From Candidatus Woesearchaeota archaeon (GTDB taxonomy: Archaea; Nanobdellota; Nanobdellia; UBA10117; GCA-020343615): a stretch of DNA of 64,000 nucleotides. This document shows, one piece after another, positions 1-10,061 of this stretch (the first letter of the stretch is position 1; every line of letters begins with the position of its first letter). The stretch is from assembly GCA_020343615.1 (NCBI GenBank), contig CP070803.1, positions 143,686 to 207,685 of the forward strand, in the 5' to 3' direction. The position numbers and the translations under genes are program-made. Below the pieces are notes generated by a model, which had not been told where the DNA came from, did not search any database, and saw only the letters and a list, made by a program, of their open reading frames with translations.

Positions 1-541
1 TGTAATGGGTTCTGGTGAAGCTTACTCTGGACTAATCCTACCTATTGAAGCTGAAGTGACTACAGGTGGTAAAAAAGAGGAATTTATTGCTACTGGTAAA
101 CTCGGAGAAATAGCTAAGGAAGCTATATCCAATGTATCTGCAATCATTAAGAAACACTTCGGTAAAGACTTAAAAGAAAAATATGATGTTTACGTTCAGT
201 TCTTACAAACATACGAGGGGCTTGAAGGAGATTCTGCATCTATTGCTGTGGCAATAGCCATTTTATCTGCCTTAATGAAAGCACCTATAAAACAAGATAT
301 CGCTATGACTGGTTCTCTTTCAATTAGAGGGGAAGTCTTACCTGTTGGAGGCGTTAATGCAAAAGTAGAGGCAGCAGTTGAGGCTGGTATGCAGAAGATA
401 ATAATACCTGCTTCTAATAGAGAAGATATCACCTTAGATAGTAAAAAAATAGAAATTATACCTGTGAAAAACGTAAAAGAAGTTATAAAATATGCTTTTT
501 CCGGTAAGGAAAAGGAGAGGATATTAAATAAATTCAAATGA
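1..541 (+). CDS. lonB: Archaeal Lon protease, C-terminal protease domain (5' partial)
   Basis: EGDSASIA catalytic Ser motif, [21 protein letters not shown] with catalytic Lys; runs off window start. Confidence 0.93.
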   Translation, partial: VMGSGEAYSGLILPIEAEVTTGGKKEEFIATGKLGEIAKEAISNVSAIIKKHFGKDLKEKYDVYVQFLQTYEGLEGDSASIAVAIAILSALMKAPIKQDIAMTGSLSIRGEVLPVGGVNAKVEAAVEAGMQKIIIPASNREDITLDSKKIEIIPVKNVKEVIKYAFSGKEKERILNKFK

Positions 542-732
542 AATTAGAGATAAACTTGGATGAAGAACAAGTGAATAGGATTAAAAAATATGTAGAAGAA
601 GAAAGATTCAAAGATATTGATGATTTCCTCGAAAAGGCTGTTAAGTTGATGATGTATGCTGAAGACAAGAAGGAAGAATTTGGGTTAATTCTTCCTAAAA
701 AGCCTGGGGAAGATCAAGAAAAAGAAGATTAA
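538..732 (+). CDS. Small ribbon-helix-helix/CopG-like protein
   Basis: 64 aa, beta-strand then two helices ([29 protein letters not shown]); ATGA overlap with lonB. Confidence 0.55.
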   Translation: MKLEINLDEEQVNRIKKYVEEERFKDIDDFLEKAVKLMMYAEDKKEEFGLILPKKPGEDQEKED

Positions 733-750
733 AATTAAATAATTCTTTTT

Positions 751-1359
751 TTATTCTTTTATAACTGGACAAACATAATTCATAAAGCATAAAGCGATTA
801 AAGCAGTTCCGTATCTCTTTTTCGGCACGAAACTCTTTGTTATTAACTTTATATCTCCTAGATTATATTTATCCATAAACCCACTAACGTACAACTCTTG
901 CAAACTTTCTCTTAAGGAGGCTACTGCTTTTGTTTCTGTATAGTTTCCATTGTATTCACATACAATCCCTCCATATTTTTGATTTGTTTCTTTGTCATAC
1001 AGCCATCCAAAGATAATGCCTGCTGTTGCTCTTTTTCCTTTTTTTGCAGTTGAACAAGCTATTATTGTCTCAACTACAGAACCATGAACTAGCTCTTCAG
1101 GGTTTGGTTTTTCTACTTCTTGTGAAATTGCCGGTAATATTGAAGAATATGTAATTATATTGCATCTTTCTATACCTGCATCCTTTAAGGCAAGATGATA
1201 AGAACCAGCATGAACTGTTATGTTTGATTCACCAACTCCAGAAGTTATAAAGAAATCTTTTGGCACTCTATTGCCAATTAATACGGATTTATTTTGAAAT
1301 CCTATACTAAGGGCAATGGTACGTACCCTTTGTTTTTTTGGTATGAACGTGAAGGTCAT
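751..1359 (-). CDS. pdaD: Pyruvoyl-dependent arginine decarboxylase
   Basis: VPKDFFITSGVG, LALKDAGIERCNIITYSSILP (Ser-Ser autocleavage site); start moved to Met at 1359 to avoid overlap with serS. Confidence 0.85.
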   Translation of the reverse strand: MTFTFIPKKQRVRTIALSIGFQNKSVLIGNRVPKDFFITSGVGESNITVHAGSYHLALKDAGIERCNIITYSSILPAISQEVEKPNPEELVHGSVVETIIACSTAKKGKRATAGIIFGWLYDKETNQKYGGIVCEYNGNYTETKAVASLRESLQELYVSGFMDKYNLGDIKLITKSFVPKKRYGTALIALCFMNYVCPVIKE

Positions 1360-1462
1360 TCTTTCCGGTTTTACTCTCACCTCGCGAAATGCGAAAATTC
1401 TATAAAGGGTAATTTCATTGTTTATAAAGTTTTTTATAGCGGTAATTAATTCAATATATATT

Positions 1463-2707
1463 ATGTTAGCGATTGAATTATTCAGAGAAAACCCCAAACT
1501 AATAAAAGACTCTGAGAAGAAGAGATTTAAGGATCCTAAAGTAGTTGACCAAGTTATCGAATATGACAATAGATGGAGGACTGTTCTAAAGAAAGTTCAA
1601 GAACTTCAACACAAAAGAAATATTGTTTCTCAAGAAATTTCTGATTTAAAGAAGAAAAAGAAGCCTGCTAAAAGTAAAATACTTGAGATGAAAAAAGTCA
1701 GCAACGAGATAGCTAACTTAAATTCTAAAGCTGTAAAATTATTGAAAAAAAGAGATGAATTTCGATACAGGATAGGTAATATTCTGGATAAATCTGTTCC
1801 TGTTGGAAGAACTGATGATAAGAATAAGGTAATCAGAAAATGGGGCAAGATAAGTAAAAAGAAGGTAGGTCATGCTGATTTAATTAAAAGTTTAGCTAAT
1901 ATTGAAAAAGCGGCTGATGTTGCAGGAGCCAGATTTTATTATTTAGAAGGTAAGGGTGCTGTTCTGAATTTGGCATTAATTAATTATGCTTTTGATTATT
2001 TTGTAAAAAAGGGTTTTACACCAGTATGGCCACCATATGTGTTAAAAGAAAAAGCAATGGCTGGGGTTGCTGAATTAGCTGACTTTAAAGAGCAATTGTA
2101 TAAGTTAGAAGGAGAAGATTTGTACTTAATAGCAACTGCTGAACAACCTTTAATTGTTCTACATATGAATGAAGTTATAGGAAAAGTACCTAAAATCTAT
2201 GTCGGCTTTTCAACTAATTTCAGAAGAGAAGCTGGAGCTCATGGTAAAGACACTAAGGGAATTTTCAGAACTCATAGTTTTGATAAGGTAGAACAAATAG
2301 TAATTTGTGATCCTAAAGATTCTTGGAAGTGGCTTGAAAAAATGATTAAATATGCTGAAGAACTAATGAAGGGGCTGGAAATTCCATATAAAGTTACTAC
2401 TGTAGCTTCCGGGGAAATGAATGATAATGGTGCAAAAAAGTATGATATAGAAGCTTGGTTTCCTTCTCAGGGAAAGTATCGTGAGTTGATTTCAGGAACT
2501 AATTGTACGGATTATCAAGCTAGAAAGTTGAATATTAAATTTGGTAAAGTTGGCGGTGAGAAGCACTATGTTCATACCTTAAACTGTACGGGATTGGCTA
2601 CTGGGAGGACAATTTCTGCGCTAATAGAAAATCACCAACAAAAAGATGGTTCAATAAAAATACCTAAGAAATTACAGAAGTATACTGGTTTTAAGGAAAT
2701 AAAATGA
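1463..2707 (+). CDS. serS: Seryl-tRNA synthetase
   Basis: N-terminal coiled coil, LIATAEQP, FRREAGAHGKDTKGIFRTHSFDKVE, NCTDYQAR. Confidence 0.97.
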   Translation: MLAIELFRENPKLIKDSEKKRFKDPKVVDQVIEYDNRWRTVLKKVQELQHKRNIVSQEISDLKKKKKPAKSKILEMKKVSNEIANLNSKAVKLLKKRDEFRYRIGNILDKSVPVGRTDDKNKVIRKWGKISKKKVGHADLIKSLANIEKAADVAGARFYYLEGKGAVLNLALINYAFDYFVKKGFTPVWPPYVLKEKAMAGVAELADFKEQLYKLEGEDLYLIATAEQPLIVLHMNEVIGKVPKIYVGFSTNFRREAGAHGKDTKGIFRTHSFDKVEQIVICDPKDSWKWLEKMIKYAEELMKGLEIPYKVTTVASGEMNDNGAKKYDIEAWFPSQGKYRELISGTNCTDYQARKLNIKFGKVGGEKHYVHTLNCTGLATGRTISALIENHQQKDGSIKIPKKLQKYTGFKEIK

Positions 2708-3306
2708 AGATATTATTTTTTGCTGATATTCATAATGATGAGTCTGCTGTTGATAATATAATTAATAGGGTAAAAAAAGAAAAGATTGATTTTTTAGTTT
2801 GTGCTGGTGATCTTTCTGAATTTGGTGTTGGTTTGAAAAAATTGGCAAAAAAATTAAGCGCTGTAGTTCCTCTTTATATAATCCCTGGGAATCATGAAGA
2901 TGAAGAAGAGATTGAAGAATTAGATTCTAAATTTAAAGACGTCTACAACATCCACCTTAAAGCTATAAAGATAAAAGACGTATTATTGCTTGGATGTGGA
3001 GGTGGTGGTTTCTCCCATAAGCTCGTTCCTTTTGAAGAGTCTAAGAAGCACTTTAAAGATGAGTTAAAGAAGTTTAAGGACCCTAAAAAAGCAGTATTAG
3101 TCACTCACGCTCCTCCTTATAAAACTAAAGTAGATATGGTATTTGGTGAACATACTGGAGTTATGTCAATAAGAAAATTCATAGAAAAAGAACAATTAGG
3201 GTTAGTGGTTTGTGGTCATTTACATGAGAACTCTGGAAAGGTAGATTACATTGGAAAAACAAAAATAGTGAATCCTGGTAAAAAAGGATTCATTTTTAAA
3301 GCCTAA
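2704..3306 (+). CDS. Calcineurin-like metallophosphoesterase
   Basis: ADIH, GDL, PGNHE, THAPP, CGHLHE motifs. Confidence 0.9.
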   Translation: MKILFFADIHNDESAVDNIINRVKKEKIDFLVCAGDLSEFGVGLKKLAKKLSAVVPLYIIPGNHEDEEEIEELDSKFKDVYNIHLKAIKIKDVLLLGCGGGGFSHKLVPFEESKKHFKDELKKFKDPKKAVLVTHAPPYKTKVDMVFGEHTGVMSIRKFIEKEQLGLVVCGHLHENSGKVDYIGKTKIVNPGKKGFIFKA

Positions 3307-3326
3307 AATAAAGTAATTTTCTGAAA

Positions 3327-3929
3327 ATGAAAATCTTAGCAGCTGGAGACATCCATGGGGATCAAAGGCAGTCAAATAGACTCGCTAAGAAAGCTGAGAA
3401 AGAAGGAGTAGACTTAGTTATACTTTCAGGAGATTTAACAATGGCTGAATCTTCTGTGGATGGATTAATAGGACCATTTAGAAAAGTTGGTAAAAGAGTT
3501 GTTCTGATTCCTGGGAATCATGAAACTATCGCCACTGCTGATTTTCTTGCTAATTTGTATGGTATGAAGAACCTGCATGGCTATTCTATGGAAATTGGAG
3601 ATTTGGGGATATTTGGATGCGGTTCTGCTAATATTGGACTCTTTCAACTATCTGAAAAAGAGATTTATGATTTATTAAAGAAAGGGTTTGATGAAGTTAA
3701 AAATAGAAGTAAAAAGATAATGGTGACTCATGTTCATCCAGATAGAACCTTAATGGAAAAGTTAACTAATATTTTTCCAGGGTCTTCTGCAGTAAGTAGG
3801 GCTATAAAGAAATTCGAGCCAGATATAGCAATTTGTTCACATGTACATGAAGCTGAAGGTATAGAAGAACAAATAGGAAAAACTAAATTAATTAACGTAG
3901 GGAAAGAAGGTAAAATTATTGAGATCTAA
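3327..3929 (+). CDS. Calcineurin-like metallophosphoesterase (tandem paralog)
   Basis: GDIH, GDL, PGNHE, THVHP, SHVHE motifs. Confidence 0.9.
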   Translation: MKILAAGDIHGDQRQSNRLAKKAEKEGVDLVILSGDLTMAESSVDGLIGPFRKVGKRVVLIPGNHETIATADFLANLYGMKNLHGYSMEIGDLGIFGCGSANIGLFQLSEKEIYDLLKKGFDEVKNRSKKIMVTHVHPDRTLMEKLTNIFPGSSAVSRAIKKFEPDIAICSHVHEAEGIEEQIGKTKLINVGKEGKIIEI

Positions 3930-4261
3930 ACGGCTCTGGCGTAGACTAGATCTACAGGTGTTCCTGGATTTACTAATATTCCCTTAAGGCCATTACTCTG
4001 CACGACTCCTTCTTCTACGTCTGTTGAAGGTACGTTAAGAATAACGAGCCAATCGGGCTTTTTGACCCCAATTTTTTTGAAGAAGTTTTCAATTCTATGA
4101 CCTCCCTGAAGCAATTTTTTCTCTAATCCAATATTACTCTGGAATGTAGGGACTTTAGAATTAGGATCTCTAGGATCTAGTAACTTATACGTACGTTTAA
4201 GATACTTATATTCATTTGTACTCATGGCCCTTCCTAATCTATAAGTTTGACTAGTGTTCAT
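3926..4261 (-). CDS. Hypothetical protein (possible ADP-ribosyltransferase-like fold)
   Basis: 111 aa ORF with upstream TATA; RAMSxxEY..L motif. Confidence 0.5.
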   Translation of the reverse strand: MNTSQTYRLGRAMSTNEYKYLKRTYKLLDPRDPNSKVPTFQSNIGLEKKLLQGGHRIENFFKKIGVKKPDWLVILNVPSTDVEEGVVQSNGLKGILVNPGTPVDLVYARAV

Positions 4262-4362
4262 TTTACCCTCTGTATTAACTATATAGTAGTTATATACTCT
4301 TATATAAAGATTTCGTTTTATAATAGTAAAAGTTTTTATTATAGGTTTAAATTTGTAAAACC

Positions 4363-6408
4363 ATGACTCAATTAATCATAGCGGAAAAACCGGCAGCAGC
4401 AAGTAGAATTGCGCAGGCCTTAGCAGAGAATAAAGTAGTAGCTAAAAAGAAATATCAAGTTACTTATTACAGTCTCAGAAACAAAGGTAAAGACATTATC
4501 GTTGCTCCTGCTGTAGGTCATTTATTTTCTCTAGCTCAAAAATCAGGTAGTCAAGGATACCCTGTTCTTGATCCTGAATGGAGGGCATCTTATGAAACAA
4601 ATAAATCTTCAGCTTTTACAAAGGCATATGTTAATTTACTGAAATTCCTCGCTAAAAGTGCTGATGAAGTCATTGTAGCTACTGATTACGATAGAGAAGG
4701 GAGCGTAATCGGTTATAATTGTGTAAGATTTCTTACTGGAAAAAAGGATGCTAAGAGAATGAAATTCTCTACACTTACTTACACTGATTTAAAATACGCT
4801 TATGATAATATGACGAATACGCTGGATTGGGGTCAGGTAAACTCAGGGATTGCAAGACACTACTTAGACTTTTTCTGGGGAATATCTCTATCTAAAGCGG
4901 CTATGTCTGCTGTTTCTCAAGCATCTCAGAAATTCATAAAACTAAGTATCGGAAGAGTTCAAGGCCCAGCTTTACATATTTTGACAGATAGGGAACTTGA
5001 AATAGAAAAATTCGTTCCTAAAGACTATTGGGAAATTTTAGCTTTAGTTAATTTAAAGGGTAAAGAATTTGAAGCTCTTCACAAGCAGGATAAATTCTGG
5101 GATGAAGCTAAAGCTAATGAGATTTATAAAAAAGTAAAAGACAAGGATGCTAAAGTATCTGCTTTGCAAATAGACATTAAACACTTATCTCCTCCTGTTC
5201 CTTTTGATTTAACTTCTTTACAAGTTGAAGCTTATGGAAAATTGAAGATAACTCCAAAACAGACATTAATGATCTCTCAAAGCCTATATACCAAGGCTCT
5301 AATTTCATATCCGAGAACTTCTTCTCAGAAACTACCTGCGAAATTAGGATTCAAAAAAATACTACAAAAATTATCTAAGAATCCTAGTTATTCAAAAATT
5401 GCATCTGAGGTTCTAAAAACAAGTTTAAAGCCTAATGAAGGTAAAAAAGACGACCCTGCTCATCCTGCAATATACCCTACAGGTGAACTTGCTAAGGGTC
5501 TAAAGCCTAAAGAAAGGAAACTATATGATCTAATCGTAAAAAGATTCTTTGCGGTATTTGGAGAAAAAGCTGAAGCTGAATTAACACATGTTGAGTTTGA
5601 TATAGAAAAGGAGATATTCGTACTTCACGGTCAACATATCATAAAAAAAGGTTGGATAGAGTGGTATTCTCCTTACTACATGGGTAAAGAAGTGGAGATA
5701 CCTAAATTGAAAACTGGAGAAATATATCATCAAAAAACAAGTATTATCAAGAAACAGACAAAGCCTCCTGCGAGATATACTGCTGCTTCTATAATTAAAG
5801 AACTAGAAAAAGAGGGTTTGGGAACTAAAGCTACTAGAGCAACAATTATAGACACTCTTTATTCTAGAGGGTATATTTCCGGAACTAGTATTAAAGTCAG
5901 TACATTGGGAAAAGAAATGGTATCTGTCTTTTCAAAGTATGCTCCTGAAATTCTAAGTAGAGCACTAACAAGCGAATTTGAGCAAGAGATGAAAGAAATA
6001 AGGACAGGTAAAGTAAAAAAGGAAGATATAATTGAAAGAGCTAAAAAACTTCTAATTAAAATCTGTAAAGATTTTGATAAGCATAAAGAGAAAATCGGTA
6101 AGGAGATAAGTGAAGCTGCTATTGAAACTCAGAAAGAAGAGAGTACTTTGATGAGATGTCCAAAATGTAACAAAGGTAATCTTAGAATGATATTCTCCAA
6201 GAAAACTAGAAAGAGATTCTTAGCATGTGATAAGTACCCTGACTGTAAAACAACTTGGCCTTTACCTCAGAGAGGTTTGATAAAGGTAACTACGCAGAAA
6301 TGCCCTGATTGTAACACTCCTAAAATTGGGATATATAGCAGAGGAAGAAGACCTTGGATAATTTGCCCAAATCCTGACTGTCCTTCTAAGAAATCTAAGA
6401 AAAATTAA
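4363..6408 (+). CDS. topA: DNA topoisomerase IA
   Basis: IIAEKP, ATDYDREG, IGRVQGP, ISYPRT catalytic Tyr, C-terminal zinc ribbons. Confidence 0.97.
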   Translation: MTQLIIAEKPAAASRIAQALAENKVVAKKKYQVTYYSLRNKGKDIIVAPAVGHLFSLAQKSGSQGYPVLDPEWRASYETNKSSAFTKAYVNLLKFLAKSADEVIVATDYDREGSVIGYNCVRFLTGKKDAKRMKFSTLTYTDLKYAYDNMTNTLDWGQVNSGIARHYLDFFWGISLSKAAMSAVSQASQKFIKLSIGRVQGPALHILTDRELEIEKFVPKDYWEILALVNLKGKEFEALHKQDKFWDEAKANEIYKKVKDKDAKVSALQIDIKHLSPPVPFDLTSLQVEAYGKLKITPKQTLMISQSLYTKALISYPRTSSQKLPAKLGFKKILQKLSKNPSYSKIASEVLKTSLKPNEGKKDDPAHPAIYPTGELAKGLKPKERKLYDLIVKRFFAVFGEKAEAELTHVEFDIEKEIFVLHGQHIIKKGWIEWYSPYYMGKEVEIPKLKTGEIYHQKTSIIKKQTKPPARYTAASIIKELEKEGLGTKATRATIIDTLYSRGYISGTSIKVSTLGKEMVSVFSKYAPEILSRALTSEFEQEMKEIRTGKVKKEDIIERAKKLLIKICKDFDKHKEKIGKEISEAAIETQKEESTLMRCPKCNKGNLRMIFSKKTRKRFLACDKYPDCKTTWPLPQRGLIKVTTQKCPDCNTPKIGIYSRGRRPWIICPNPDCPSKKSKKN

Positions 6409-7004
6409 ATCAATTTTTTAATCTCTTTTACAGCAGGGATTTTATTAATTATATCATGTGCTAAACCATGATCTAAAGGTTTTGATAATAATGTTTCTTT
6501 AAGTTCTTCGTATTCTTCTCTACTAACCCAATTAATTCTGTCTGCATTTGACAGTTTTTGTGTACTACCTTGTATATCTGCTCTTAAATGATAATCAAAA
6601 CAAACAGCATAGCAATGTTTTTTATCCGTATTATTATCTGTGTTGAATGACTCTACTTCCTTTTCGATTATTTCTTGGAGAGAACCTTTTTTTTCTTTTC
6701 TCCCAGTTCTTAAATCAACAACTATCAAATCGAATTTATCTGATTCGGATAATTTTTCTCTAAAGGTATCTCTATCAAAATTGTTGGATTTTGAACTTAG
6801 TTCTAGCACATTTGTTATTTGATCCTTATAGGGCCAACCCTCTTTTTCCCAATAGTGTTGCATAATCTCGCAAATAATGGGACCATCTAAAAAAGGATAA
6901 ACCATCACAGTATCTTTAAGATTACAATTATTAAAATAGAATATTTTCTTCCCTAAACTTCTTATTGCATATACATATCTGTGAGATGACTCTATAGGTA
7001 CCAT
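6405..7004 (-). CDS. Hypothetical protein
   Basis: 199 aa ORF filling intergenic space, TATA upstream; no motif recognised. Confidence 0.6.
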   Translation of the reverse strand: MVPIESSHRYVYAIRSLGKKIFYFNNCNLKDTVMVYPFLDGPIICEIMQHYWEKEGWPYKDQITNVLELSSKSNNFDRDTFREKLSESDKFDLIVVDLRTGRKEKKGSLQEIIEKEVESFNTDNNTDKKHCYAVCFDYHLRADIQGSTQKLSNADRINWVSREEYEELKETLLSKPLDHGLAHDIINKIPAVKEIKKLI

Positions 7005-7121
7005 CGTTTACAATCACTACTCACTGAAAAATATATAAAATTTCTGCTTAGAAGAGAATAGCTGGGGTGAAGAACTTAACTACAATCATTTTTATTCAAC
7101 AGCTCTAATTAATTCTTAGAG

Positions 7122-8264
7122 GTGGTACTTATGAGTTCAAACAATGCTAGCTTTAGCATCTTAAAAGAAACTGAACCTAAAAATGAATTATTCTTGGAGG
7201 CTGCGGAGAAACATCTAACAAAACTAGAAACAATTAAAGAAAATTTAGGAGGAGTTGGTGAAGGATTCGTACAACATTGGATGGATAATTTTAGTGAAGT
7301 AGGCTCTCCTTTGGTTATAAACTTGGATCACAATGCATCTGACGAAAACAACCTTGAAGAATATATTTCAAAATCTGAAGAAGTTACAGAACAATTAGAA
7401 GATATAGTAAGAAAAACTGCAGGTCATACTGCTGCTTATAAGATGAACAGTCAGTCTATGCTTACTTTCTTAGTAGCAAGAAAACCTAGATTTGTTCCAG
7501 AGGCTAAAAAAATATATCGTGATGAATGTGAGGATAAATTCGGTATTGCGATAGATCCTGTTTTCTGGATTGATGAAAAAATAAGAGACATTCCTTCAAC
7601 TAGTTATCAAGTAGGAAGATCAATATATCTTCTAGATTTCGATGCAATACATTGTATGCCTCAAATAGGTCCAGATGTTGCTGGAGCCCTACAAATAGCT
7701 GCGAGTGAATTGGGAAACAAAGGAGTTGTTCATGTTATTAATATGACGCATGAAGGTTACAAGTACGTAAAAAAGAATTACTTTAAGGATGAAAATGAAA
7801 CTGTTGAGCTGCTAAGAAAGAATGCATTAGGAAACTTAGAGTTTGAAGTAGATATAGGTAAAAAAAGAGAAAAAGTTAATCTAAGAACGACCGGATCAAT
7901 AGAACCGGCGAACAGGCCTTATGAAATTTTTAAGTCAATGGAAACTTATGGAGACAATGTTATGATTATCTCAATAGGTATAGGTCCGCAAGGGGCATTG
8001 CCTGGTTGTGCTTTATATGGAGGTGCTACGTGTGAGGGTATCGGAAGATTCATGTATTTAACTAAAGGAGAATTTGATCTTAAAAACATAAAAAGTAAAT
8101 CGAGGGCCTGCAAAAGAAGCCAGCTTTTAGCTCTTGATGCAAAGTATAACTCTAAACCTTATCCGTTAGATAATATACTTAGCGAGTTAAAAGATTTTAA
8201 TCCTAAATTAAAAGAAGAAACAAAATTGGGCTTATATAGAGTATATAGTGCAATGATTAAGTAG
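7122..8264 (+). CDS. Divergent OMP decarboxylase-like protein
   Basis: NLD, AAYKMN, DEKIRDIPST (DxKxxDI), IGIGPQG; N- and C-terminal extensions. Confidence 0.7.
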   Translation: MVLMSSNNASFSILKETEPKNELFLEAAEKHLTKLETIKENLGGVGEGFVQHWMDNFSEVGSPLVINLDHNASDENNLEEYISKSEEVTEQLEDIVRKTAGHTAAYKMNSQSMLTFLVARKPRFVPEAKKIYRDECEDKFGIAIDPVFWIDEKIRDIPSTSYQVGRSIYLLDFDAIHCMPQIGPDVAGALQIAASELGNKGVVHVINMTHEGYKYVKKNYFKDENETVELLRKNALGNLEFEVDIGKKREKVNLRTTGSIEPANRPYEIFKSMETYGDNVMIISIGIGPQGALPGCALYGGATCEGIGRFMYLTKGEFDLKNIKSKSRACKRSQLLALDAKYNSKPYPLDNILSELKDFNPKLKEETKLGLYRVYSAMIK

Positions 8265-8265
8265 G

Positions 8266-8286
8266 TGTGGTGTATCCTCCACCACA
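8266..8286. promoter_or_regulatory. Inverted repeat TGTGGTG-N7-CACCACA just upstream of a TATA box (candidate operator)
   Basis: Perfect 7-bp inverted repeat followed by CTTTATAT about 30 nt before the TrmB start. Confidence 0.5.
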
Positions 8287-8319
8287 AGCTTTATATGCCT
8301 TTTCTTTTACTCCCTTTTT

Positions 8320-9039
8320 ATGGAAACACTCTTTTTAGAAGACCTAGGCATAACTAGCAAAGAATCAGCGATATACTTAGTACTATTAAAGTCTGGAAAA
8401 TCATTAGCAGGTGCTATCTCCCAGAAATCAGGAATTCATAGAAGAACTGTCTATGACGCTTTAGAAAGACTAATTGAAAAGGGCTTAGTTACATATATTA
8501 TTGAAGACAATAAGAAATACTTTCTTCCTACAGATCCTAATCGCCTAGTTAATTTTCTAAAGGAAAAAGAGCAGAACATCCAGTCAATCTTACCTACACT
8601 TTCTGCATTGTATGCTAGTAAAGAAGAAAAGGAAAAGGCTGAAGTTTACAGAGGTAAAGCAGCAATGATGTCGTTGCTTGACCAGCATATTCAGGATAAA
8701 AAAACAATACATATACTAGCTAGCATGAGCGGTGCTACCAATGTCTTAAAATATTATTGGCCGGGTTACTCTAAAGCTAAAGCAAAGGCTGGAGTTGTTA
8801 CAAAAGTAATATATGTAGACAAAATGCGAAGTAAGATCCCAAATGTGAATAAACTAACAAAGGTTAGATACCTGCCCAAAGGTTATGACTCTGATTTAAC
8901 CATAGTCACTTGGGGAAATAAAGTAGCTCTTCAATTATGGCACCCTGACAATCCTCTTGCCGTATTAATAAGAAGTGAAAGAGCAGCAAAAGGCTTTATG
9001 TTTTTATTTAATTTAATGTGGGGAATAGCTAAAGAGTAA
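8320..9039 (+). CDS. TrmB-family transcriptional regulator
   Basis: LGITSKESAIYLVLL..ISQKSGIHRRTVYDALERLIEKGLV wHTH plus effector domain. Confidence 0.9.
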   Translation: METLFLEDLGITSKESAIYLVLLKSGKSLAGAISQKSGIHRRTVYDALERLIEKGLVTYIIEDNKKYFLPTDPNRLVNFLKEKEQNIQSILPTLSALYASKEEKEKAEVYRGKAAMMSLLDQHIQDKKTIHILASMSGATNVLKYYWPGYSKAKAKAGVVTKVIYVDKMRSKIPNVNKLTKVRYLPKGYDSDLTIVTWGNKVALQLWHPDNPLAVLIRSERAAKGFMFLFNLMWGIAKE

Positions 9040-9141
9040 TCACTGAATTGTAGTTATTCTTAGTATTTAATGGATTTGTATACTGGTTTTTATAAATCCT
9101 TATATAGTGTGGTAAAGAAGTTTACCCCAAGGTGATATAAA

Positions 9142-10053
9142 ATGAGTTGGAATGATGATTTAGAGAAAGCTACAGAAGAATTCAAGAGTATTGTTTGTAT
9201 GGGTATTGACCCTGATCAAGAAAAAATAGAAAAATCGATGGGTTTAGAAAAAGGAAAATTAAACCCTAAAATTCACTTAGTTGAATTTTATGAAGATATC
9301 CTTGATGAGATGGAAAAAGAGGCAACTATGCCTGCTGCTGCTAAAACAAATTATGCTTTTTTTGCAAGATTTGGTCGTGATGGACTCCATGCTTTAGGAG
9401 AATTAAGTGATATTATTAACGGTAAGAAAATACCGTGGATCCTAGATGGAAAAAGAGGGGATATAAAAAATACAGGTATAGCATATGCAGAAGAAATGTT
9501 TAAAGTCTGGGGTGCGGGTGCTATCACTGTGAATCCTTATATGGGCACAGATAACGTTGAACCTTTTACTAAATGGGTTAATGAAGAGGATAAAGAAGAT
9601 AAAGGTGGTAGAGGTGTATATGTTCTTGTCAGAACTTCTAATCCTGGAGCTAAAGATTTCCAAGACCTTGTATTAAAAGATGGTAGAAAAGTTTATGAAG
9701 TAGTTCTAGAAAAAACGCTTGAATGGGGTAATAGCGTTCCTAATGATGTTGGTGGTGTTGTTGGAGCTACATCTGTACCTGAGCTTTACGATATAATGCA
9801 AAAGGTAGGTGAATACAATCCGAATATTCCTATATTAATACCTGGAGTTGGTAAGCAAGGTGGAACTGGTTATGAAGTAGCTAATGGAATAGTCAAATAT
9901 AAGTTAAACGCAAAGAAGCAAAGAGTTAACTCATCTAGAGCACTTAACTACGCTAAATTAGAGGATCCTGAGGCTAAAACATCTGGAGAAGCTTCTGTTA
10001 AAAATCTTAAAAAACTTAATACTGATATTGCAAAAGGTGGAGTGAAATTATAA
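9142..10053 (+). CDS. pyrF: Orotidine-5'-phosphate decarboxylase
   Basis: CMGIDP, DGKRGDIKNT, TVNPYMG, RTSNPG, VVGAT, PGVGKQGG, NSSR. Confidence 0.95.
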   Translation: MSWNDDLEKATEEFKSIVCMGIDPDQEKIEKSMGLEKGKLNPKIHLVEFYEDILDEMEKEATMPAAAKTNYAFFARFGRDGLHALGELSDIINGKKIPWILDGKRGDIKNTGIAYAEEMFKVWGAGAITVNPYMGTDNVEPFTKWVNEEDKEDKGGRGVYVLVRTSNPGAKDFQDLVLKDGRKVYEVVLEKTLEWGNSVPNDVGGVVGATSVPELYDIMQKVGEYNPNIPILIPGVGKQGGTGYEVANGIVKYKLNAKKQRVNSSRALNYAKLEDPEAKTSGEASVKNLKKLNTDIAKGGVKL

Positions 10054-10061
10054 TATAAAAG

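Noticed and set aside
1360-1569. Overlapping N-termini of pdaD and serS
   Set aside because: Artefact of longest-ORF calling; downstream Met codons leave a divergent promoter gap.
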